A stretch of DNA of 32,000 nucleotides from Cereibacter sphaeroides 2.4.1 (GTDB taxonomy: Bacteria > Pseudomonadota > Alphaproteobacteria > Rhodobacterales > Rhodobacteraceae), in contig NC_007493.2 in assembly GCF_000012905.2 (NCBI RefSeq), positions 2,580,001-2,612,000 on the forward strand. The letters are read 5' to 3'. Below the pieces are notes generated by a model. It ran no database searches and was not told the DNA's origin. It saw only the letters and a list, made by a program, of their open reading frames with translations. This document shows, piece by piece, positions 25,549 through 32,000 of this stretch (positions are counted from its first letter, which is position 1; each line of letters opens with the position of its first letter). Made by a program: the position numbers and the translations under genes.

Positions 25549-25700
25549 GCCGCAAAATCGGACGTGGCAGCCCGGGGACAGGGCGGCTACTCGCGCGCCG
25601 ATCGGAGCGCGGAGCTTTCACCACGCCGCACAGTCGGACGGGGCAGCCCGGGGACACGGCGGCCACCCGCGCGCTGATCGGAGCGCGGAGCTTTAGCCAC
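25549..25700. repeat. Tandem duplication, 2 x 76 bp
   Basis: Unit A (25549-25624) and unit B (25625-25700) align without gaps, with about 9 mismatches by my hand count. They lie in the ctaG-like/btaA divergent intergenic region. Confidence 0.85.
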
Positions 25701-25753
25701 CCACACTCGAGGCGAGGCAACGACAGGCGGATCGGCCCCCGATGCGTCCCCGG

Positions 25754-25771
25754 CCGTCACGCTCCCGTTGC
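25754..25771 (+). promoter_or_regulatory. Weak Pho-box-like element upstream of btaA
   Basis: CCGTCAC-GCTC-CCGTTGC has the 7-4-7 architecture of CTGTCAT-N4-CTGTCAT. A TAGAAG -10-like hexamer lies about 10 nt downstream. The match is only partial. Confidence 0.3.
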
Positions 25772-25815
25772 CTGAAGGGCGTAGAAGGCGCGGCAGCCAT
25801 CTCGGAGATGTTCCA

Positions 25816-27066
25816 GTGACGCAGTTCGCCCTCACCCACCTGCCCGCCCCGCCGGTTGCCCGCCAGATCGGCGCCGCCGTGCACCGCACGTCGCTTCTCA
25901 GCGCCGAAGGACTGATGGAGCGGATGTTCTCGCGCCTCTTCCACGGCCTCGTCTATCCGCAGATCTGGGAGGATCCGGCGGTGGACATGGCGGCCCTCGC
26001 CATCCGCCCCGGGGACCGGCTGGTGGCCATCGCCTCGGGCGGTTGCAACGTGCTTTCCTATCTCACGCAGGGGCCGGGCTCGATCCTCGCCGTGGATCTC
26101 TCGCCCGCCCATGTGGCGCTGGGGCGGCTGAAGCTCGCCGCCGCGCGGACGCTGCCCGACCATGCCGCCTTCTTCGATCTCTTCGGTCGCGCAGACCTGC
26201 CCGGCAATGCGGCCCTCTACGACCGCCACATCGCGCCCGCGCTCGACGGCCGGAGCCGCCGCTACTGGGAGGCGCGCAGCCCCTTCGGCCGGCGCATCCA
26301 GCTGTTCGAGCGCGGCTTCTACCGGCACGGTGCCCTCGGCCGCTTCATCGGCGCGGCCCATACGCTCGCGCGGGCCGCGGGCACCGACCTGCGGGGCTTT
26401 CTCGACTGTCCCGACATCGAGGCGCAGCGCAGCTTCTTCTACGCCCATATCGGGCCGCTCTTCGAGGCGCCCGTGGTGCAGGCGCTCGCCCGACGGCCGG
26501 CCGCGCTCTTCGGGCTGGGGATCCCGCCCGCGCAATATGCGCTTCTGGCGGGAGACGGCGACGGCGACGTGCTGCCGGTGCTGCGCCAGCGCCTCCACCG
26601 GCTGCTCTGTGACTTCCCCCTGCGCGAGAACTACTTCGCCTTCCAGGCCATCGCCCGCCGCTATCCGCGGCCCGGCGAGGGCGCGCTGCCGCCCTATCTC
26701 GAACCCACCGCCTTCGAGACGCTGCGCGAGAACGCGGGCCGGGTGCAGATCGAGAACCGCAGCCTGACCGAGGCGCTCGCGGCCGAACCCGAGGAGAGCA
26801 TCCACGGCTTCACCCTGCTCGATGCGCAGGACTGGATGACGGACGCGCAGCTGACCGCGCTCTGGCGGCAGGTGACGCGCACTGCAGCGCCGGGCGCGCG
26901 GGTGATCTTCCGCACCGGCGGGGCGGCCGACCTGCTGCCCGGCCGAGTGCCCGAGGAGATCCTCGGGCACTGGCGCGCCGACCGGGCGGCGGGACAGGCG
27001 GGCCATGCCGCCGACCGTTCGGCGATCTACGGCGGCTTCCACCTCTACCGGCGGAGGGACGCATGA
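25816..27066 (+). CDS. btaA: S-adenosylmethionine:diacylglycerol 3-amino-3-carboxypropyl transferase (DGTS betaine-lipid synthesis, DUF3419 family)
   Basis: FSRLFHGLVYPQIWEDPAVDMAAL..GDRL.AIASGGCN.LSYL is the BtaA signature. GTG 25816 has GGAG 8 nt upstream, so it is preferred over TTG 25768. ATGA overlap with btaB. Confidence 0.85.
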   Translation: MTQFALTHLPAPPVARQIGAAVHRTSLLSAEGLMERMFSRLFHGLVYPQIWEDPAVDMAALAIRPGDRLVAIASGGCNVLSYLTQGPGSILAVDLSPAHVALGRLKLAAARTLPDHAAFFDLFGRADLPGNAALYDRHIAPALDGRSRRYWEARSPFGRRIQLFERGFYRHGALGRFIGAAHTLARAAGTDLRGFLDCPDIEAQRSFFYAHIGPLFEAPVVQALARRPAALFGLGIPPAQYALLAGDGDGDVLPVLRQRLHRLLCDFPLRENYFAFQAIARRYPRPGEGALPPYLEPTAFETLRENAGRVQIENRSLTEALAAEPEESIHGFTLLDAQDWMTDAQLTALWRQVTRTAAPGARVIFRTGGAADLLPGRVPEEILGHWRADRAAGQAGHAADRSAIYGGFHLYRRRDA

Positions 27067-27695
27067 CCGACGCCACCCATGCGGCGCTGATGGACGCGAC
27101 CTACCGCCACCAGCGCCGGATCTACGACGTCACGCGGCGGCACTTCCTGCTCGGCCGCGACCGGCTGATCGCCGAGCTCGACCCGCCCCCCGGCGCCCGG
27201 GTGCTCGAGATCGCCTGCGGCACGGGGCGCAACCTCGACCTGATCGGCCGGCGCTGGCCCGGCTGCCGGCTCTCGGGGCTCGACATCTCGCAGGAGATGC
27301 TGGCCTCGGCCCGCGCGCGTCTGGGCCGGCGCGCGACGCTGGCGCTCGGCGATGCCACCCGGTTCGAGGCCCTGCCCCTCTTCGGCACCGACCGGTTCGA
27401 GCGGATCGTCCTCTCCTACGCGCTCTCGATGATCCCCGACTGGCGCGAGGCCCTGCGTGAGGCGGCGCTTCATCTCGTGCCGGGGGGGCGGCTGCATGTC
27501 GTCGACTTCGGCGATCAGGCGGGCCTGCCCGGCTGGGCCCGCGCCGGCCTGCGCGGCTGGATCGGGCGCTTCCACGTCACGCCGCGCGACGATCTGGGCA
27601 CGGCACTGGGCGAAACGGCGCTCGGGATCGGGGGCTATGCCGAATACCGGTCCCTCGGCGGGGGATATGCGATTCTCGGCACGCTCACGCGGTGA
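27063..27695 (+). CDS. btaB: Diacylglycerylhomoserine N-methyltransferase (SAM-dependent)
   Basis: MDATYRHQRRIYD.TR..FLLGRD, the SAM motif I VLEIACGTGRNL, and coupling to btaA. Confidence 0.85.
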   Translation: MTDATHAALMDATYRHQRRIYDVTRRHFLLGRDRLIAELDPPPGARVLEIACGTGRNLDLIGRRWPGCRLSGLDISQEMLASARARLGRRATLALGDATRFEALPLFGTDRFERIVLSYALSMIPDWREALREAALHLVPGGRLHVVDFGDQAGLPGWARAGLRGWIGRFHVTPRDDLGTALGETALGIGGYAEYRSLGGGYAILGTLTR

Positions 27696-27727
27696 GAGAT
27701 CCCCTGCCCTGCGCGTGACGCTTGTCT

Positions 27728-27767
27728 GCCCGCAGGCGACCGGCCGCGCGACGGCCGGCCTGCGGGC
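27728..27767 (+). terminator. Long GC hairpin after btaB
   Basis: GCCCGCAGGC(GAC)CGGCCG-CGCGA-CGGCCGGCCTGCGGGC forms 16 bp with a 3-nt bulge. There is no U-tail. Confidence 0.4.
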
Positions 27768-27962
27768 GATCCGGCGCACTGAAGGCCCGGCGCGTCGCGC
27801 GCGGGGACGTAGCCCGCAGCGGCAAGCGGCCGACAGAGCCTGACAGACCGTTCACGGTGCGCGCTCCGGATCGGGTGTGGAGCCGGTGTTGCAGAGGTCA
27901 GGCCTCGAGGGAAAGCCCTCTGGCCCGACGGGCAAATTGTCCGGGATCTCTAATCGGGAAAT

Positions 27963-28039
27963 TGGTCGGAGCGAGAGGATTCGAACCTCCGACCCCCTGC
28001 TCCCGAAGCAGGTGCGCTACCAGGCTGCGCTACGCTCCG
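27963..28039 (-). tRNA. tRNA-Pro (anticodon CGG)
   Basis: The reverse complement folds as a cloverleaf: CGGAGCG-TA-GCGC-AGCCTGGTA-GCGC-A-CCTGC-TTCGGGA-GCAGG-GGGTC-GGAGG-TTCGAAT-CCTCT-CGCTCCG-A-CCA. It has G37 and an encoded CCA. Confidence 0.95.
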
Positions 28040-28100
28040 ACCTTGGCGTGCGGATTATAGGGTCGCGCATCCGAATGCAAGGGGGTCCGAACGCAATTCG

Positions 28101-29054
28101 CTACGGAGTGTCTCGCGTCTCGCGGCGGCGCAGAAGGCGCGGCATGAGGCCCACCTCGGGCCGCAGGCGCGTCTGGCTCGCCGGGCGGTTCTCCGACACG
28201 TTGCGGCGCGATTCGCGGCCGACGATATAGAGGCCGCTCGCGATGATGACCCCCGCCCCGACCCAGGTCCAGACGTCGGACCGCTCGCCGAAGATGAGCC
28301 AGCCGAAGATCGCGGCCCAGACCATCTGCGAATATTGCATCGGCGCCACGATCACGGCCTCGGCCATCCGGTAGGCAGTGATTGTGAGCAGCATGGCCAC
28401 GAAGCTGAAGGCGGCGATGATGCCCATCATCCCCAGATGCTCGACCGGCATCGGGCGGTAGACGAAGGGCAGCGCCGCACCGAGTACGAAGAAGTTCGCC
28501 ACCATCGGATAGAGGAGAAGCACGACCGACCGCTCGTCCTGCCCGATCTTGCGCACGATGACGGAGCCCAGCGACGAGGTGACGGCCGCGAGCAGCGCCG
28601 CGGCATGTCCGAGGCTGAGCGGCTCCGCCCCCGGGCGCAGCACGATGAGCACGCCCAGAAGGCCGGTGGCAATGGCCGCGCCCCGGTGGAGCCCGATGGT
28701 CTCGCCCAGCAGCGGGATGGCCAAGAGCGTGACGAGGAGCGGCATGGTGAAGAGGATGGCGTAGGTCTGCGCCAGCGGCAGAACCGAGAAGGCGTAGAAG
28801 GCGCAGAGGCCCGTCGTCACGATGCAGCAGGTGCGCAGCAGCACCCACCAGGGATGGCGCGGCCGAAGGTTCCCGTCCGCCCGGTCGCGCATCAGCATCA
28901 TCGAGGCGAGCGGAAAGCCCAGAAGGGTTGCGAAGAAGAGGATCTGAACGGCGGTATAGTCGCGGCCCAGCACCTTCACCACGACGTCGTGGGTCGCGTA
29001 GATCGCGAAGGCCAGCAGGGCAAGAAGCGCGCCGCGCGTGTTCGATTTGGCCAC
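28101..29054 (-). CDS. DMT-superfamily (EamA-like) transporter
   Basis: 317 aa with about 10 TM segments and the EamA-type N-terminus GALLALLAFAIYATHDVVVK. The start is GTG at 29054, with a weak SD. Confidence 0.8.
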   Translation of the reverse strand: MAKSNTRGALLALLAFAIYATHDVVVKVLGRDYTAVQILFFATLLGFPLASMMLMRDRADGNLRPRHPWWVLLRTCCIVTTGLCAFYAFSVLPLAQTYAILFTMPLLVTLLAIPLLGETIGLHRGAAIATGLLGVLIVLRPGAEPLSLGHAAALLAAVTSSLGSVIVRKIGQDERSVVLLLYPMVANFFVLGAALPFVYRPMPVEHLGMMGIIAAFSFVAMLLTITAYRMAEAVIVAPMQYSQMVWAAIFGWLIFGERSDVWTWVGAGVIIASGLYIVGRESRRNVSENRPASQTRLRPEVGLMPRLLRRRETRDTP

Positions 29055-29391
29055 GAAGAGGACCGCCGCTCGCTTATGGGAGGAACCTCGGCACCATTGC
29101 CCGGAAGCCCGGCGAGTGCAAGCGACCGGACCGTAAAAAGGTGGGCATCGGGTGTCTTATAGCCGCCGCGCGCTGCCGTGTGCGCCGGCCGCGCGGAACC
29201 GGAGGGGTTCCCGCTGGCGCTGTCCGCTATCGCGTCGGCGACGGCGCGGCAGGGTGCCGGCCGCGCCGGTCTGAAGGGCCACCCCATGAGCCAAGCGCTG
29301 AGGCTCGACAGCGGCTCCTCGGCTCCTTCCGTCAAAGAGGCACAGCGCAGCCGCCGCGGCGGTGCCGGCCCCCGCGCCGCGCGAAGGGGAA

Positions 29392-29411
29392 GGGGGCGGC
29401 GCGCCGCCCCC
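29392..29411 (-). terminator. GC hairpin after leuB
   Basis: The palindrome GGGGGCGGCGCGCCGCCCCC lies 8 nt after the leuB stop, followed on the - strand by TTCCCCTT. Confidence 0.5.
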
Positions 29412-29418
29412 TGCATCG

Positions 29419-30528
29419 TCAGAGGCTCGCATCCAGCGCCGCGAGGACCGCGTCGCCCATGCCCGAGGTCGAGACCGGCGTGCCGCCCTCGGGGCCCATG
29501 AGATCGGCGGTGCGCACGCCGTCGGCCAGCACCGTCTCGACGGCTTTCTCGAGGCGGGTGGCTTCCTCGCCCATGTCGAAGGAATAGCGCAGCGCCATGG
29601 CAAAGCTCAGGATGCAGGCGATCGGGTTGGCCTTGCCCTGCCCCGCGATGTCGGGCGCCGAGCCATGGACGGGCTCGTAGAGCGCCTTCGGCCGGCCGTT
29701 CGCCATCGGCGCGCCCAGCGAGGCCGAGGGCAGCATCCCGAGCGAGCCCGTCAGCATCGCCGCGCAGTCCGACAGGATGTCGCCGAAGAGGTTGTCGGTC
29801 ACGATCACGTCGAACTGGCGCGGCCAGCGCACGAGCTGCATGGCCCCGTTGTCGGCATACATGTGGCTGAGCTCGACATCGGGATATTCGTTGTCATGGA
29901 CCCACTGCACTTCCTCGCGCCAGAGGATGCCGGATTCCATCACGTTGGCCTTCTCCATCGAGCAGACCCGGTTGTTGCGGCGGCGGGCCAGCTCGAAGGC
30001 CGAGCGCGCGACGCGGCGGATCTCCTCGGTCGTGTAGCGCTGGGTGTTGACGCCGAAACGGCCGCCCTCGTTGTCGGGGAAGATCCCGCGCGGCTCGCCG
30101 AAATAGACGCCCGAGGTCAGCTCGCGCACGATCATGATGTCGAGCCCGGCGACGATGTCGCGCTTCAGGCTGGAGAAGTCGGCCAGCGCGTCGAAGCACT
30201 GCGCCGGACGCAGGTTGGCATAGAGGTCCATCTCCTTGCGCAGGCGCAGCAGCCCGCGCTCGGGCTTCACCGAGAAATCGAGCACGTCGTATTTCGGTCC
30301 GCCCACGGCGCCGAGCAGAACCGCATCCACCTCCTGCGCCCTGGCCATCGTCTCATCGGCCAGCGGCGTTCCGTGCGCGTCATAGGCCGCGCCGCCGACG
30401 AGATCCTCGGAGACGTCGAAACTCACGCCGCGCTTCTCGCCGAACCAGCCGATGATGCGTTTCACCTCGGCCATGACTTCGGGGCCGATGCCGTCGCCGG
30501 CGAGGATGAGGAGGGAGGGATTGGCCAA
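29419..30528 (-). CDS. leuB: 3-isopropylmalate dehydrogenase
   Basis: [33 protein letters not shown] and HGSAPDIAG motifs. The start appears to be TTG 30528, with AGGAG 6 nt upstream and no in-frame ATG nearby. Confidence 0.95.
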   Translation of the reverse strand: MANPSLLILAGDGIGPEVMAEVKRIIGWFGEKRGVSFDVSEDLVGGAAYDAHGTPLADETMARAQEVDAVLLGAVGGPKYDVLDFSVKPERGLLRLRKEMDLYANLRPAQCFDALADFSSLKRDIVAGLDIMIVRELTSGVYFGEPRGIFPDNEGGRFGVNTQRYTTEEIRRVARSAFELARRRNNRVCSMEKANVMESGILWREEVQWVHDNEYPDVELSHMYADNGAMQLVRWPRQFDVIVTDNLFGDILSDCAAMLTGSLGMLPSASLGAPMANGRPKALYEPVHGSAPDIAGQGKANPIACILSFAMALRYSFDMGEEATRLEKAVETVLADGVRTADLMGPEGGTPVSTSGMGDAVLAALDASL

Positions 30529-30624
30529 GATGCGCTCCTGCTATCATTGGGGTTTGCCGTGGCCTATGCGCTTCCCCTCGCCCGGTCAAGCCGAGGGCGG
30601 CCGCCCCCGCCGCAGGAAGTGACG

Positions 30625-31758
30625 CTAAGGCAGATCCAGCTCGACCCAGACGGGGCGGTGACGCGAGGCCTGCGCGGCCACGGCCGCCAGAGGATCGCCC
30701 GGCGGGGGCCAGAGAACGCCCGACGCGGTGACAGGGAGGCCGCGCGCGGGCAGGATATAGTCGGTGCGCAGGAGCCCCGGACCGTCGTCCGCACGGAAGT
30801 CGGCGGTGGCGCGGCTGCCGTCGGGGCCTCGGGGCGCCGGATCCTGCAGCGCGGGATGGGCCAGCAGCGCCGCGATAGCGGCCCGCGGCCCGTCCCCTGC
30901 GAGGGGGTCGATGTTCGCCTTGCCCATGAGCAGCACCGGCCCCTCGGGCGCCGGGAACGGCAATCGCCCGTCGAGGAGACGGGCCCAGAACAGCGCTTCG
31001 TCCCCGGCCCGGCGGCCGTTGCGGTCCTCGGGCCCGTCGAAGACCGGGGGCGTGGCGGACCAGAGGAGGAGCTTCAGCGCAGGCCCCCCGGTCCGGGGCA
31101 GCGGCACCTCCCAGGCCCCCACCGAGGCGAGCCGTTGCACCGCGCGCGCCTCGGGCGGCATCGGCGGCAGGTTCGCCTCCGGCAGGTCCGCCCAGAGCAG
31201 GTCCGAGAAGTCGCGCGGCAGGCCGAGCGGCAGGCGCGAGAGCAGCACCATGCCCCCCTGCCCGCCGAACCGGCCCCAGCCCTGCGCGTCTCCCGGCCCG
31301 CCGAGGCGGCCGTCGCCGTCGAGGTCGATCCCGGTCGGCCGCCCGACATTGGGCCGCAGCGCCAGAAGATGGGGATAGAGATCGCCCGCCAGCGCCCGGG
31401 CCGCCAGAAGGTCCGCGTCGTAATCCACCCCCGTGAGGAAGAGCACATCCGCCCGAAGCGCCTCGATCATGCGCCGCACCGCGAGGATCTGCGGATCCTT
31501 CCCCGCGCGGATGTCCCGCAGAAGGAGACCCGGGCCCGCCCGCTCGAGATCCACGTCCCAGGTGGCGAACCGCAGCGTCTCGGCCGCGGCGGCCAGCGGC
31601 AGGAGCAGGAACAGGCAGAGCGCCGGAAGCGCCCTCAGACGGGCGCGAGGCCTCGGGTGCCGAAGACTTCGCCCGTCCGGCGCTTCTCGCGGATCATCTC
31701 GGCGATGCGGGCCATGCCCACGCCGCGCATCAAGAGGCTCGCCGGAAGGAATGCCCAT
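30625..31758 (-). CDS. Endonuclease/exonuclease/phosphatase (EEP) family protein, probably exported
   Basis: LRFATWDVDLER...DVLFLTGVDYD... is EEP-like, preceded by the signal-like ALPALCLFLLLPLAAAAE. The only canonical start (ATG 31758) overlaps the upstream gene by 124 nt. The likely true start is near 31638, so the start is uncertain. Confidence 0.65.
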   Translation of the reverse strand: MGIPSGEPLDARRGHGPHRRDDPREAPDGRSLRHPRPRARLRALPALCLFLLLPLAAAAETLRFATWDVDLERAGPGLLLRDIRAGKDPQILAVRRMIEALRADVLFLTGVDYDADLLAARALAGDLYPHLLALRPNVGRPTGIDLDGDGRLGGPGDAQGWGRFGGQGGMVLLSRLPLGLPRDFSDLLWADLPEANLPPMPPEARAVQRLASVGAWEVPLPRTGGPALKLLLWSATPPVFDGPEDRNGRRAGDEALFWARLLDGRLPFPAPEGPVLLMGKANIDPLAGDGPRAAIAALLAHPALQDPAPRGPDGSRATADFRADDGPGLLRTDYILPARGLPVTASGVLWPPPGDPLAAVAAQASRHRPVWVELDLP

Positions 31759-32000
31759 GCCACCGTGATCCAGACCAGAGCCTGCGGCGAGGCCAGCGTC
31801 AGCGGATCGAGGCCGCTGGTGCCGATCTTCACCGCGATCGGGATCAGGAATGGCAGCAGGAACCCTAAGGCCAGGTTAAAGCGCGCGTCCCGGAGCAGGC
31901 GCTGCACCACGTCGCCCCCCGCCGTCGCCTCGAAGGTCGGCAGGTTCACCCACACGTTGAAGGCCAGATTGCGCGAGGGCCAGCGGTTCAGCCGGATCAC
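31635..32000 (-). CDS. Membrane protein of unknown family, C-terminal part (continues beyond the window)
   Basis: The frame is open to the window edge. It has two or three hydrophobic helices (NLALGFLLPFLIPIAVKIG, ALVWITVAWAFLPASLL) and normal codon bias. I do not recognise a family. Confidence 0.5.
   Translation of the reverse strand: MIRLNRWPSRNLAFNVWVNLPTFEATAGGDVVQRLLRDARFNLALGFLLPFLIPIAVKIGTSGLDPLTLASPQALVWITVAWAFLPASLLMRGVGMARIAEMIREKRRTGEVFGTRGLAPV

Noticed and set aside
25693-27042. 449-aa - strand ORF opposite btaA
   Set aside because: btaA on the + strand carries the diagnostic YPQIWEDP / IASGGCN motifs. The antisense product is low-complexity.
27696-28100. Genomic island, integrase or att site at tRNA-Pro
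   Set aside because: I found no integrase or phage ORF, and no direct repeat of the tRNA 3' end on either flank. The flanking genes (btaB and the DMT transporter) have normal composition.
29055-29418. Possible small gene or sRNA in the 364-nt leuB / DMT spacer (track ORFs 29178-29501 +, 28976-29416 -)
   Set aside because: The candidate ORFs are Arg/Gly/Pro-rich, lack an SD and overlap real genes out of frame. Only a leuB terminator hairpin and a short GGAACC-N5-GGTTCC palindrome are visible, with no promoter-plus-terminator pair to define an RNA.
1-32000. CRISPR arrays, IS elements, transposase or integrase genes, toxin-antitoxin pairs and known defence systems
   Set aside because: I scanned both strands and all track ORFs. 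No spaced identical repeats, no DDE or tyrosine-recombinase motifs, and no terminal inverted repeats bounding a segment were found.

Overview
This is a very GC-rich alphaproteobacterial chromosome segment. Gene content and protein sequences look Rhodobacterales, close to Rhodobacter/Cereibacter sphaeroides. I support about 31 protein genes and one tRNA, tightly packed and mostly housekeeping.

Gene order:
- + strand: manC (5' truncated), manB, a large GH16-domain protein and a HI0933-type flavoprotein.
- - strand: a small OM beta-barrel protein, the holA-lptE-leuS operon and a DUF3576 lipoprotein.
- + strand: the major porin, a TPR/sulfotransferase gene that looks frameshifted, and yggS.
- - strand: an L,D-transpeptidase-like gene and ribA.
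- + strand: an OmpR-family response regulator (possibly CenR) with a downstream sRNA-like element, then xthA.
- - strand: a TetR regulator preceded by an untracked 42-codon ORF.
- + strand: mbfA with an Irr/ICE box, an AEC transporter, fghA-yaiI-ocd.
- - strand: a CtaG-like oxidase assembly factor.
- + strand: btaA-btaB (betaine lipid synthesis).
- - strand: tRNA-Pro(CGG), a DMT transporter, leuB, an EEP-family protein and a partial membrane protein.

I see no IS element, integrase, prophage block, CRISPR array or recognisable defence or toxin gene. The very long Arg/Pro/Gly/Ala-rich ORFs in the track (for example 1474 aa and 1075 aa) are off-frame or antisense artefacts of high GC.

I cannot honestly point to a clear novel multi-gene system. 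Ordinary annotation does not explain these items:
1. A small exported CxxC peptide ORF that appears translationally coupled to the TetR gene by a hairpin sequestering its Shine-Dalgarno (SD) site, with twin palindromic operators.
2. A 793-aa coiled-coil plus GH16 protein without a signal peptide, next to the GDP-mannose genes.
3. An sRNA-like element with CCCUCCC motifs after the response-regulator gene.
4. A strictly phased 6 x 23-bp repeat array upstream of xthA.
5. A 2 x 76-bp tandem duplication upstream of btaAB.
6. A T5-run frameshift splitting a TPR-sulfotransferase gene.
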